64,000 nucleotides of DNA, taken from Lingula anatina. Taxonomy: Eukaryota; Animalia; Brachiopoda. The translations under genes and the position numbers were made by a program. Shown here piece by piece: positions 50,401 through 64,000 of the stretch. The stretch covers positions 1,054,001-1,118,000 of the forward strand of contig JBPQGU010000016.1 of the NCBI GenBank assembly GCA_051362555.1, written 5' to 3'. Numbering within the stretch: position 1 is the first letter of the stretch; each line of letters starts with the position of its first letter. The notes below the pieces were generated by a model. The model was not told the origin of the DNA. It saw nothing but the letters and a program-made list of their open reading frames with translations, and did no database searches.

Positions 50401-53400
50401 TTTGTCCAAGTATGTCATTGGAATAATTGGTAAGAACACGTGGCTATATTACGTTATAATAGGCTCAGTTGTACCTAAATGCATCTCAAGCAACCTTGTC
50501 AATCTATTTTCAGTCCAGTTCATGGGTGTACATTAACAGTGTGCATGAAATTAGCTACTTATCACAGAAACCTGACCTTAAATCTCTATATTATAAGATT
50601 AATGGGGTGTTTTTATCTGAAAAGTAATCTCAATACTTTTGAAGGAAAAAAGGAGATTAAATGAATCTAAAAAATGAACTGACATCATTGAAGGGGACAC
50701 TGGTGATTATAATAGCAATAATAATGATAATAGGTTGAAAAAAAGTAAATGAAATGGGAGATTGTCCGTTAGTTGAAAAAGGAGATATTCTGCCCCATAT
50801 GTAATTCCACTTTTTCTGAGCATGTCATAACAGAACTCTCAAGCTGCTAAGGATGATAAAAACCTTTCTTAGTGTAATTGGTGTTTATATATCTTAAAGG
50901 TGTGTTGAAATTAGTACCTGTTGATAAATATTAATTTTTACGAATCAAAAGATATAAAAACAGACGTTGCATTTGGTTCATCGAAGGAGATGCCACTTTT
51001 ATGTGACCTCGAACTGATAATTAGCAGAACATTACAAAGCGAGCAGCTGGCATATTAAAAATTGTTTTTCTCACTCTTTGCCCTTTGCGTGAATGAGGTC
51101 ACACTGATGACACAGATTTTTTTTTCACTGGCAGTCTGTTTGTTTATCACCGGGTTGAGGCATTTATTGGCATTTAAGCCTATTTTGTTTTATAAAGTAA
51201 TACGATTTTCCCAACAGTAGGGGTTTTCTGACTTTTTTGTTTCTGACAATTTTGAGATTGATGCAGAGGGTCCCCTGCACCCCACACCCCATGCCATAAT
51301 TTCAGACTTTTTCCACTTAATGGCAGTCTCACCCCTGCATTTAGGCATGTTTTGTGTAATATAGGACAGACACCCTTTGTTTGCATGTGTTATTCTAAAT
51401 TTCTCAGAGGTTAGACAGTAGAGCTACAGATTTTCGGTTCATTCATGATGATCACGCTGTAATATGACAAGAGTTTATGCTAATGAAAGAAAAAAGCCTT
51501 CCATATTTTCACTAGTGCTGTGAAAGATTAAAGTCTGATGAGATAATATAAACTACGTCATGTGTGTTGAGGTTCTGGCGTCAAATATTTATTATGTTAA
51601 CATACTGCAATATTTACATGATAAGATATGGCCTCACAGTTAACTCGGGCTGTAAAGTCTTTCATCCTCACAATGGCTAAAAATCTTAAACTATATACTG
51701 TCATAATAAAAACGAGGAAACCTGCAGACAACCAGCTGAATTAAATTTTTAATTTGTAAATATAGCAACCAACCAAATAGCTCCTTGTGCATTGCAGTTA
51801 GAAAATTCAGGAACAAAAGTGTTGTTGCTATGCAGGCCCATTGTGATTAGTACATTGAATTTTAAACCTACCACTCAAATCAGGACATATTGAATAACAT
51901 TCAAGAAAAGCATGAGCTTCAACACATGATAACCATCATGTTTAATGTACATATACTGGTGCTGATTACCTGCATACATATATGTGATGAATCTGAGAGA
52001 TTATTGCCATTTGCTTATTACCAGCACAGAATTATTCTTCACTAAACACGGATAAGATTTTTTCGACTATTGGCAGATTTCTTTATTTTTGGGAGTCAAA
52101 GATAATATATTTGAGGTCCTTGTAGATCTGTAGGAATGGGAGGGGGGAAGGGGGGTCGGACCTAAAGACACGTTTTCAGACTTTTTCACTTAATGACCGT
52201 GCTATCCCAGACTGGGAGACTAGATGACATAAGGCAAAAATAGCGGTTGGTCTGTAAATGGAAAATAATTCTGTTTTACCAACCTGTTTACGCACCACAA
52301 AAACTAAATTCATGGCAGTGAAAGTGAGTACACACTATATTAGCTCTGAATCTACATGGACGTGTGTAGAAATGTGAATGAAAATGGGGAGTGAAGATCT
52401 CACAATGTGTATACTGTCCAGTCTTTTACATTCCTTTCTGCCTGTCTGGCCATGCTGAACCTAGTTAAAGAGACTAACAATTTTATACCTGCCCCCCTGA
52501 CAGGTGTTGAGTACAGATATATATCTTGCTCAAATTATATTTGGTACTGCTTTATCCATGAGGGGGAGAGAACACATTCTATAGACAGGTGTGTTGGTGC
52601 AGTGTTGCATTAAGAAATAGACTGCAATTGAGGCGTAGCCTTTTGACATTGGTGTAACCATAAACTTCAACTTGGGTTCGACTCTAGACCAATTTGTTTA
52701 AGCTGAATTGCTAGCAAATTAAGAGGCCTAACTGAGACTACTGAGTGCCTAAATGTGTTCTTATTTTTTAATTATCATATGTCACCCTTTATAAACACTA
52801 TTTTTGATAGTGTAAAGATGAGCCAAAATAATCCAACTCTGCAGGTGTAATATTAAGACCCCCCCCCCCAACCGTTACCCCACCCCATTCCTTTGAGGTT
52901 AGCAGTCATAGACAGTCAACCTGGAATAAATACAGTAGAATGAGATTCACAGAAAGTAATTTTTTAATTAGATTGTTTTGATAAACAAGCCTGTTGAATA
53001 AATTAGGAGATACCCTCAACCAGCTGTTGATTGAAATCTGTCCTCATTTTCAATCCATATTTAATTCTGTCTTCTTTTTCAATATTAATTACATGCTGTC
53101 TTGGTTTTCTATCCAAATTGTAATCCATCCTCATTTTCCATCCAAAATGTAATATGTTTCCATTTTAGATCCAGATTGTAATCTGGTCCTAGTTTTCTAT
53201 CCAAATTGTAATCTGTTCACATTTTCTATCCAGATTGTAATCTTCCCATTTTCTATCCAAGTTGTAATCTTCCCATTTTCTATCCAAGTTGTAATCTGTC
53301 CTCATTTTCAATCCAGATCATAATCTGTTCTGTGTTTTTAATCCAGATCAACACTAACGCCAAGAAGCTGTGGGAGCTGGACCATGATGACGGCAAGGGA

Positions 53401-53496
53401 CAGCAGAAGCTGTACAGTCCCTGGGCCTCCAGAGACGACACCTGGGGGGCACCCTCCGCAGGTACTGAAAGAGAAAGAGAGAGTTGTTGGATGCGT

Positions 53497-53574
<78 letters not shown>

Positions 53575-56500
53575 TTTGGTATGTGTGTGCCTGTGTGTGT
53601 TTTTGTGTGTTTGTGTGTGTGTTTGAGAGAGAGAGAGGATTGTTGGGTATTTGTGTGTGAGAGAGAGAATTGTTGGATGTGTAGGTGCATGGGGTGAAAA
53701 AGAGGGAGAGACAGAAAGATTTGATGGGGGCCTGTGAAGATGAGAGAGAGAGAGAGAATGGGTAGGTGCATGCGAGAGAAAGAATGTGCTGTTAAAGACA
53801 GGTAATGGTTCCCAACAGGTGACTTCTAGACCTAAAGAAAACATTAACCATGTTGAGCAGGAAGTATTTGTGAAGTACTACTGGAGTACAGTGAGAACCA
53901 AAGCTTCTATGATTATATCTGAAAAGCCAGAGGGTTCTGATGATGGCTTTTAGGAAGAGTATGAGAAGTTTTGATATCTTTGTAGCTAAATAAATTTCAT
54001 CTTTAGGTAATTAATGTATGTTAGAATGTGGCAAAAGTTGATTTGATGTTTACTACTTGCTGAAACATGGAACTAAACAATATCCAGAGTTCTGTCTGGA
54101 GAATTCGATTAATCTGGTTATCAAGCCTTTGTATTTTGTTGTTTCATCAAATTGCATACGGTTACTTCAGTTTTCTTGCTCAAATTTTCAACCAACTTTG
54201 CCAGTCTTCAAGACATCTACTGATAAAAAAAAAAGGTAACTGTCTTTTGATATGATGTAATAACAGAGAAACTCCTGTCCTGTATTTCAGAAGCCAATGC
54301 CCTGGGTGTGAACATGGTGGAGTATGTACTGGGTGGGTCCCCCACTGGGAAAGACATGGACTCCAGGCTGAGGCATCTCAAGGGATATGTATGTATACAG
54401 AGCACAGACCAGATTGTGTGTTTATTTTATGTTACACTGTGTCATATTGATGTGAATTCATGTGTTGAAATAAGCATTAGATAAAAAAAAATGGTAAAGA
54501 AATGAATAAGTTAAAGTTATGATCATTCCCCCCCCCCGATAAATAAATCGATTAAGAATAATAATGTAATAAAAAGAAAAAAAAAACATAAGATGAATTG
54601 GTTCAGTTGCATAAATAATAAATGTTGAGACCTCTCAAAGAGCAATGGTATAGACTCTATTGACTGTATTGACCTTCCAGCCCCCGCACCAGCAGGACGT
54701 CCCTTCCCAGGTGAAGGAGAAGAAGAGTAAGACACCGTCCCCCTTTGAGGGCGAAAAACCCAACGAACTGAACTCCCAGGATGTCCAGGCTAATGGCATT
54801 CTGCAGAATGGGTTGGAAGACAGGTAAGTACATAAAGTCTACAGGGCACCGCGCAACAAATTGGGGCCTTAGTAAACTGGGCAAATTTAAACCATTTGGA
54901 GGGGAAAATGATGAAAAGCACTGATTTAGCTAAGCAAAAGATATTGGTGAGGCTACCACCTTAAATATTTAAGGAACTCAACACTTTGAGACAAAGAAAG
55001 TCAAGCCAAGTTTCAATGTACTTCTCCATAAAGTCTATTCTATGTAAAAGAGATTATATGCCAGAATTATCTGTCCAGTCTACGTTAATATGGCTTGAGA
55101 GTTCAACCCCCTTGGTGAAGTGATAAACCAACCCAACACTTGGTCATCCAGGTTAGCTGGACTTGTTCTGGCTCTACTTGGCTCTGTCTTTGTGGCGTGT
55201 GGGAGCTGAATACCCCCACAAGGGGTTTGAGGCATATTCCCTTTCCACAGTGTTGGAGATCAACCAAGTCCCCGGTCCTCTGTGACTGGTGTGGACTGAA
55301 CCTTGCATATTCCATCAACTTTCTGTAGTCACTAGTTGACCTTGACAGAGGAGAAAGACCATGCAAGGTACATTTCTTGAATAAATGATAAAAAAATATT
55401 GATAAGAAATTCTCTTGGGTTCAAGCATATTGTGCTGTTGAGGTGGACTGCAACCCTTGAATATTTACTGAATATCTGACAGGTCTGAATGCATCAATAA
55501 CATATTACTGTTTGACAGGTCACTAGGAATCTGTAAACTATGACTGAATATATGACAGGTCCCCAGGAAATGAGTAGCTTACCAGATATATTTGATAGGA
55601 CTTAATGCATCCATAATCAATTACTGTATACATAACAGGTCCCCAGGCAGTCGTCAAACGTCACCCACAGAAGAAGCCGTCAAACAGAACCTCCAGCAGC
55701 AGCAGCAGCAGATGCATCAGTTACAGCCAGTGGCACCAGGTGGCGCTGGGGACTTCATCCACCAGCCTGTCTTGGCCCAGAACTCCATGCTGCAGCTGGA
55801 TGCGCCCCCTTTTGAGCCTGGTGGGATTGAGCCGCTGCAGTTTGACTACTCCAACCAACTTCTTCCCTCCATGGATAGCCCCAACTTTAACATGGAGTAT
55901 AATCAGCAGGTGGGTTTGTGGTAGATCAGTCATTATTTTAAAGGTTACTTAACAGAAATAGAAAGATGGATGAACGAATGAACAAATAAATAATGAATTC
56001 ATAATGTCAAAAGTTGTGGCATGCTTTTCAGAAGTTTCTGCTCCTTTTGATTAAAACTATAAATAATCAACTAATATATTAACAATAAACATATTTGAGG
56101 GCAATGATTTTTGCAGAAAAGGTTCCATAAACATTAATAATTTCATTTTATCTTTCACAAGTGTTTTTGTAAGCAGGGTGAAACAGTTCTTTATTACTAG
56201 TCTGCAGAGAATGTGAAAAAAAGACTTGAAATTTTACATGTTTTTGAATAAAAAAAAATTTCACTTTTTCTTCCAACAGCAAATGATGCGAGAGCAACAG
56301 CAGCAACAACAACAGCAGCAGCAGCAGCCAATCCTGCTGGCTGGCGGACAGCAATACGCTCTGGTAGGCACGCAGCAGCAGTTAGGTAAGACCTTCATAC
56401 TCCTACAGACTCAATGACGTAACATGACTGCTACTGATTAATATACTTCTGATTACCAAAGTGGTTCTTGTTTTATGGCACAGAACCTTGCAGTCACCCC

Positions 56501-59500
56501 CTTCCCAATCTGCTCAGTGCTTGACTTAAACACTGGGTTTAAGTCAAATAACGGTTAAGTTTTAAGAATCGGTTCTTTTATACGCAGGAACTCAAAGTGC
56601 CATTATGAAAAACTTTTGTCAAAGACTCCTTGGGAATTTTTTGCAGAATGGCAATGATGAAAATAAGTCTTGAAAACGGTCCACACATTTCAGTTGGGGT
56701 CCCCTTCATGTAGTATCAGTTGTCCCTGTTCTAAAGGACAAACTCGTTTCAACCAAGTACCTAACTCCTTGTGGGCTGCGATATTTGTTGATGCTGATGG
56801 GTTCTCAGTCCAAGGATGGAGAGAAGAAGAGAACAGTGTGGGGTGTAGAATTCGTGCTTGACTCTGTACTGTTAAATGATCATATTGAAGACCTGTTTAA
56901 AAACACAGAGATGTCCCTTTAGTTTTGTGCTGTGTTGTAACATCTCAACCACCAGTGAGGGCACCAAAGAAAATGGGGGGAAATGAGAGAAGAGCGACCC
57001 CCACAGAGATATGAGGGAGGGGGGGTTAGGATATGGTCACTTTTCTATACTTGCCCTGTATTGCATGAACTGATCAATATATATTAGTTTTATATTGCAT
57101 GATTTTTACTTTTTAGTGTATTGGAGTGGGAAATAAAAACAGATCTGTGAAGATTTGTGCTCAGTATTTATGATTCAGTGGATTTGGATTTTCAAAAGTG
57201 AAAAAAGGTTTACCTTTGGAAACTCAAATCACTTGAAAAGATGCATGGTAATTTTTGCAAAGATATTTTTACAACTTTTGGAACAATTTGTTGGAAGCTG
57301 CTGCGCATTTTGGGTCTTTGAATTGGTTGAATGTATCGTAATCAGAAATGGTTTTGGCTCGATCTGAGTGGGGGCGCGGGAAGGGGGAAGCTGCATTCAC
57401 ACCAGAAGTAACTTAGACCACATCAGCTAACATAAGTTCAACCATATGACATTGGACGTCGATCACATGGCATCACTTGGCAACCATTTGATATCACCAA
57501 GCAACCATTTGACATCACTAGGCAACCATTAATCACCTGGCAACCACATGACATTATTACCTTGTAGACACCACCTGGAGACTTCAAAATAATACCAGTA
57601 TCATATGAATCAACCTCTTGGTCTTGCAGTGTCATACATCCCGTGTCTAAAGTATAAGGTTACTTTCACAACCAAAGTTGATTGGTGGAATATCAACTTT
57701 CAAGTGGGTCAGCCATATTTGGTTTACAGATCTAGCAGTGGATGTCAGATGAAATTGTTGTGAATGTCCCAAAGTTGTGATGTCATACAGCCCATATCAT
57801 GATGTCTAAGTTAGTTCTGGTGTGACTGCAGCCTATCTAGGCCTGCATGGCTTTCTGTGGGCTGAGACTGGACTTGTGCATGCCTACCTGGGGACCTCAG
57901 CAGGCTGACAAGGATAACATGCAAACAGATCAGAACCCATATGATTTACTAGTATTTTGGGTGTCATAACTGGATAAGAGGATTTCATCACTTTTTTTTA
58001 CACCTTGAAACTTTTCAATTCCAACGCTGACTTGAGCTATACCTAAACAGGACTTTCGATCACTACTGTGACCATCCTCAGTCGGTGTTAGTTACTCTGA
58101 GACTGAGCAGTACTCACTATTTGTTAGGGTAAAGCTCAAGTAAGTGCAGTAGAAATTGAAATGTTTAAACATGTAAAATAATCAGAAGACTACACAGGTG
58201 AATTTCCTCAAAAGAATTTCATCCCATGTTCCTTGCCCAGAGTTTGCAGTGTCCTTGTTGGCCTGTTGTGTGGCCAGTGTGCAGTCGGCCAGAGGGCTCA
58301 CTCAGTGTTGTAAACCCACTATGACCACAGTCACAACAGCAGACTAACTAGTCCACGAATCAAATATGGCTACCCACTTAAAATCTTGATGTCTAATCCC
58401 TTAATAGATACGGAATAGATTCCCTGCAGGGATTACGCAATAAGAATTCAAGTGGGTCGGCCATATTTGATCTGTGGACTAGTTAGTCTTGGGTTGTGAA
58501 TGCAGCCTATCACTGTTGCATAAATGCAAATTGACCAAGCATCAACAGAAAAAAACTTGAAAATACGTGAAAAGGATCTCAGTAGCCTGAGTGTGTGATT
58601 TATACATGTTCAACAAGAAAATCAACCAGAATTCGTGACTTTAGATGAGCTTTTCATATTGGGAAAGACTTCTTAATACATTCAGTGAGCCTTCCAACGA
58701 AAAAAAAAAAAAAAATTGAAAAAAAAAAAAAAAAGAAATACATGCTGTGCTGCAGCTTTCTCCGGGCTGTTGTTGTATGTTGTTATGTTGTCATTGTTAC
58801 TGCTGCTACTGCTACTGTTGTTGATTTCTTCATCTTCAGGCTTACCCACTGCAGGCTCTTTCACACCGACCCCCTATGTACTCAACGCCCAAGACCCCTA
58901 CGCAGTTGGAATTCCCATTGCAACCGCAGGTCAGCAAAAAAAATAAAAAAAATGAAAAGAAAACGTAGAGTAGTTTGGGACTCTGTAGTTTAGATATCTG
59001 TGGTTTGGAGGCTTTTCTCAAGGGGCACACCCAAATGCAAAATGTCTTAAGTTTTTGGTTTTGGTAACAGTGTGGTTTGTGTAGGTTTTGAGGTGGGGTG
59101 CTAAAAAATAGTGGGTTCTTTTTTGGTTCTTGGGGTGGGGGTGGGAGGGGGGGGTTGTCACCCATAAGCAAAATTTAGGTGGAAGATTTAGGGCTTTTTT
59201 GGGGCAGAGGGGGTGGAAGCACACCAATGTGAATCTTTTTTTTTTTAATATTCTCTTAAGTGTTGTCCCATGGACTTTTTGGAAGTGGGGGACAGGTACA
59301 TGAACATCTGTAGGACTTTCGTGGGGCAGGGGTAGACACCAATGTGTAAAAAGTAGTGAAATTTAACGCTTTTTTACTTTGGGGGTGGGGGGGAGGCAGC
59401 TTGTCAAATGAAGGGTGTAGATATGGGGGTTCTTTAAAAGGGGTCTTTCACTGAGGCAGTTGGATGAACTGGAAACGCGTGTATGTTTATTTGCAGTAAA

Positions 59501-62500
59501 CCAGGAAATGGAGGGACATTCATTCTTTTCCATGTAGTCCCCACATAGACAAATTGGTGAAACCGAAAAAAATTATTTAAAAAGATGGGCAACTATTATG
59601 CATGTCAATGTTGTCCTGAGCAACACATTCTTTGTGGTATGTGGGGCAACCTGTATGTTTCAGAGCAACTTTCTTTGCACTTGATGGTTACGGGGTTGTG
59701 AAGCAATTACTATGAAGATACGTACACGTGAAAGTTGTGAATATATTCCTTGAAGCTGAACAGCTGAAACTTGCATTTGGTGTGTTCCAGCAGTGGGTTC
59801 GAAACTTGATTTAAAAGTATTTTTTGGTCTAGATGTGAGCAGTGACATTTTTGTCAGATATTTAAAAATGCATGATGCTTTTTGGACTGTGTCGCTTTGG
59901 GAGGGTTTTCTTAAACTACTGCTTTGATTTGAGCCTAACATAGTTAAGGATTTGTCCTGAATTGGGAGAGAGAGAGAGCGTATGAAAAATAATTATCAGT
60001 TTTAAAAGGTTTGGATTTTTTTTCAAAACAAAAAAAAAAAAGAAAAGAAAAAGAACCTTTTTTTTTCCAAATTTATCATTGTCTTTGTTGTAGCCCTTTA
60101 CAGATGTAAAATGCTCCATGAAACAGACTTAGATCATAGCTAACATACATTTAACCCTTCATTCCAGTTGCCAGCTTCCGTTCTTTTCATGCAACATATT
60201 GAAATCTGTGTTCAAGATCCCTTTCTTCCTTAAAGTTTCTTTCTCCCTCTCACTATCTAAATTTCCCCGTTTTAATGGCAATTCTAATTCATGCATATGA
60301 GTAAGGTAAATGCCCAATTTGTGCTTGGGGTAAAGGTCTTCATAGCAAGCACTAAACACCAAGCTCCACAATTCAATAAAAATCTGTATTTCATGTGCTG
60401 GCTTTAACGCATATGCAGACATTTGCATACACACACCTAATAGAAAAAGATACATACATACATTTGTATATATATAAACAAATACACACAATGAAATCGA
60501 TGTCACCATGTGTTCTCTCTCATACCTATCAAAATTACCTTCCAGGTGGACCAACGGTGATCCCCCAGTATTACGGTGTCCAGACCCCCTGGGGGGTGTA
60601 CCCCGCCAGCGTCATCCAGCAGGGACAGCAGCAGCAGCAACAGCCAGGAGTGCCCCCACAGCAACAGCAACAACAGCAGCTACTGCAGGGTCAGGGTGAC
60701 CGCCCAATGACACCCCAGCAGCAGCAGGCCCAGCAGGGGAGAGGGGAGGCCTTGGGGTCACAGAACCCCACGGTGATACAGCCCCAGATTATACAGGCCC
60801 CAGGTAGGTAGATGGGTGTAATGGTCATATTGATAGTAATTGCAATGAAGGTAAAAGGTGATAATGATGATGATCTGCTTGCAGCCATGAAGTTCTATAT
60901 AACAATGAAGATGATTGCATAAACAAGAAATATGTTAGGAGTGGCAGTATTGGATGTTATGGTTAAAGTGATCTGATATAAGATGTAATAATGAACAATA
61001 AGGTGGTGAAAAATAAATAATATTTTTGTTGTGGACAATGAAAGTGGTGGTGATGATGATGTGTGCAGTCACGATGCTGGATATTTCAAATTTAATCATT
61101 AGAAAAATTAATATTATTACTGCCAGAGTAATCATTCACTCTTCATGGCAACAAACATGACCCTCTAATCTCAGACCTTGTTGCAGGTGGTTACCAAATC
61201 CTGACTCCAGCCTACTATGACCAGAATGGGCAGCTGGTGATGGGGAACCCACCCCGGGGTATGCCTGGCACCCCTGTGAGACTGATCTCCCCAGCTCCAG
61301 TAATACTGAACTCTGGACAGCAGCAGGGTGAGACAGAGAGAGAGAGAGGGGGGGGGGGGAAGAGAAGGGTGGGGAGTGGGAGAAAGAGAGTTTTAACCTA
61401 TGCTTGTGCTGATTGGGGGAGGGGAAAGGGGCACTCATAATTTAAATTTGAAAAAACACATTTTTCAAATTGGGTAAGTTTTAGAGATAGCCCATGGTAT
61501 ACCTTAAATAGCCCAATATCTGAGAGAGAAAGAGAGAGAGATTTCTTAGTGTTCAAGATAAGGGTTGTAATTAATTTTGAATCCAAAAAAAAGATTTTAA
61601 TTTGATAAGCTTTAGAGATAGAGCATGGCATAGTATGAACAACTTGATATCATGCGGAGTTTCATAGTACCAATTTTGACACTTCACTCCACCGTTGAGT
61701 CACCCATGATCACCCAAAATGTCTTTAGGCGTCCATTTGTCTTTTCCAGGGAACACCCTACGTCTTTTGACCACACAGCAACAGCAACAGATGCAAACTC
61801 CCCCCATGAACAACTCCAACTCCCAGCAGCAGAACAACATGGGTAAGTTCACCCCCTCTCCTGGCTTAAGAGGTCAACATGTTGTATTTCTGAATTAACC
61901 ATTTCATAACCATGTTCATCTCCGAGTGGGTTGTGTACACTTCCTAGTTATATTGCATTAGATGTTCACTCTTCTAGGTTGGTGGGACACCTGACACAAC
62001 TAACACACTCAACATGCTGATATTGTGTTCAGTAGACTCAAAATTGTAGTTTACAGCACATTGGTATTTCATAATTATCTTTTTGAAGTGATGTATGGTA
62101 TGCAGGTGAATGTGGAAAAGATTTCATTGGATTTCTTTATGGAAGTAGAACCGAGTTTAATTTAAAGGCCAAAAAAATAAGATAAGGGTCCTTTTGGACT
62201 ATTTGTGAAACCTGAATGAAGTTTCTGAAGATTTTGTAGAGACTAAAGACTGGAAAAAAATACAAGGTGAGATTCTTTAGATTCTGTTTAGATTTTTAAG
62301 CAAATAAAATTCAAAGCATTGTGAATACATATTTTTGGTCTCTGGTCATTTGTGAAGCAGGTCTCCCAAGTGACAGGAACTGAATTAGGGGCACCTGTTT
62401 ACTGAAGTCAAATCCACATCCACCCAGCATACCTTATTATCTCACTAATAACGTCACCTTGTGGCATCATTGCACAATGTACTGGTGGGTTACTATGGGT

Positions 62501-62992
62501 GGGAGGGCCTAGAAGGATATTTGGACCCCGAAATGACTTGCAGAATAACCCCCTCCCGCACTGGCCGCATTCTGTAGAAGTTTGTTCCATCTAATAAGTT
62601 TATCTTCCCCATTCCACCCCCTTTCCCCTCTGCACTAATCTCAGTTCTTGGTTTAGTTTTCTTGTAGGTGGTTATACTATTCCAGTAAGCAGCAGTCAAA
62701 GTTCTGAGTAAACAAAGTTCAGTAACCTCGGCCTTAACACCCACCCCCTTTCCCCATCGCAGCTTACCTCCACCCCCACCCCCCTGTATCAGTCACAGTT
62801 CACACTCTAGTTCTCTTGTAGGTGGTTACACCACTCCAGTCAGCAGCAGTTTGTTCACTCCTATCACAAGTAATCTGGGGCTAACACCACAGCAGCAGCA
62901 ACAACAGCAGAGTGGGGCCAGCTATCAGAGCAATATGGGCTCTATGGGCAACCTCGGGACAATGGGCAGTACAGCAGGTGTGATAGGGACTG
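47424..62992 (+). CDS. pum: Pumilio homolog (PUF family), N-terminal 12 coding exons; gene continues beyond the window
   Basis: Phase-compatible GT-AG exons: 47424-47648, 48473-48544, 53347-53461, 54291-54388, 54681-54823, 55639-55909, 56280-56385, 58840-58929, 60546-60803, 61187-61327, 61750-61842, 62822-62992 (alternative donor possible after 62977). Pumilio motifs: DDAMVAYFFQR, KKLWE, LGVNMVEYVLGGSP, RSPGSRQTSPTE, QYYGVQTPWGVYPA, AYYDQNGQLV, PVRLISPAPV. Poly-Q tracts are present. PUF repeats are not in the window. Confidence 0.95.
53025..53346. repeat. Degenerate ~26-33 bp minisatellite ending at the pum exon 3 acceptor
   Basis: About 10 copies of TTTTCTATCCA(G/A)ATTGTAATCT-like units. 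Confidence 0.85.
53495..53568. repeat. Compound (GT)n(GA)n microsatellite
   Basis: Directly visible; degenerate GT/GA blocks continue to ~53780. Confidence 0.95.
57439..57555. repeat. ~21 bp minisatellite
   Basis: Repeated GCAACCATTTGACATCAC-like units. Confidence 0.8.
58331..58499. mobile_element. Small hairpin/MITE-like element in pum intron 7
   Basis: Arms of ~60 bp: AGACTAACTAGTCCAC / GTGGACTAGTTAGTCT and ATCAAATATGGCT-ACCCACTT / AAGTGGGT-CGGCCATATTTGAT. A partial related copy lies at ~57700-57740. Confidence 0.6.
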
Positions 62993-63141
62993 GTAGGTTT
63001 AGTTGGCTGCATGTGGGGAGGGCGGGTCCCGCGTAGATTGGGGGAGATGTACGCTGGCTGGCTGCTCCGTGTTCTGCGTCACTGCTGCCTTGTCTGTTAT
63101 ATTGTGTTATTCTGGGGTTGATGATTTGGGTGTTACGGCAT

Positions 63142-63176
<35 letters not shown>

Positions 63177-64000
63177 GAAGGAAGAAAGAAATGAAAAGAA
63201 GAACTGAAGAAAAAGGGGAGGAAACTTGTAAAAAGTCTTTTTAATGGGGGGGGTCTGAATTTTCAGGTTTGTGAAATGCTATTGGTTTATGAAGAAGAAA
63301 AGAAAAAATTGATTTGTTTTGTGGTTTCTATTAGCTTCTGCCAAACTCTTAGCTTGTTTCACGTCCTCGACCAATGCAGGTTGGCATGGAACTGAATTAA
63401 GTAGATAGATAATTGCTGCCAATTTGTTTGCCACTGCCAAATGTGGTTGAATGATGAAATGGCCCCATTTTTTCCCCACCCAAGACAAGACGGCAGCTGA
63501 TCTAGGGGCAGTCCAGTACTAACCGGGCCTATGCTGTACAACCCACAGACACTCACTAGAGCATGGAGAGAGAGGAGTATCTGTACTCTCTTACCACTGT
63601 CAGTGATGTACTGATACAGATTTTAGCTAATGATTTTATCATCCAACAGGAAAACAGTTGTCTCATTCATGGGGTTGTCTTGCTACAGAAACGTCACCAA
63701 GAATCCAGAACAGTTTACAGCATGAAATTTTTTTAAACATTTTTTTGCTGAGTCAGAAGTTTGATTCATTCCTCAGCAGTGCTTTAGAAATAATTCAGCA
63801 AATTTAATGCTGTTTTAACATTTGGCAAATCTTCATTTTTAATTCACTAGGAGGAAAATGCCCTTTTTTACTCGGCTTACAATCAAATACCTTCTCACTT
63901 GTACTAAAAAAATTGATTAGATACACCACTTCTTATGTTACAAAGTATTTTCCCATATTGGTGGAAAGGGGGTTACTGGAACTGGATTTTGGGGTTTAAA

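Noticed and set aside
53280-53844. Long minus-strand ORFs (163 and 168 aa)
   Set aside because: Low-complexity translations of the (GT)n(GA)n microsatellite, antisense to a pum exon.
55099-55370. Possible SINE (B-box-like GAGTTCAACCC)
   Set aside because: No convincing A-box, tail or second copy in the window.
63517-63560. Perfect branch point TACTAAC with CAG at 63546-63548 as the next pum exon
   Set aside because: Weak pyrimidine tract, immediate in-frame TAG and no Pumilio similarity. It cannot be supported without RNA data.

Overview
Eukaryotic (invertebrate animal-like) genomic DNA in three parts. (1) 1-~37990 is a very homogeneous tandem array of a 1965-1967 bp unit: 19 full copies plus a partial 20th, continuing past the left edge. 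The unit has no credible protein ORF. It carries a ~420 bp fold-back palindrome, two adjacent RNA polymerase III type-2 (A-box/B-box/oligo-T) units, and a 58 bp direct repeat. One Pol III unit is a ~98 nt vault-RNA-like gene; the other is a ~205 nt tRNA-derived structured RNA. (2) ~37990-40810 is an older, diverged mosaic of the same fold-back module (~1.36 kb period), followed by a CpG-rich promoter region. (3) Single-copy genes on +: a complete six-exon RPS8 (208 aa) hosting a SNORD46/U40-type C/D snoRNA in intron 5, and the first 12 coding exons of a Pumilio gene whose PUF domain lies beyond the window. The best novelty candidate is the amplified two-ncRNA Pol III cassette, which is also rich in Pumilio response elements and lies ~9 kb from pumilio. 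Comparisons with known RNAs are from memory and need Rfam/BLAST confirmation.
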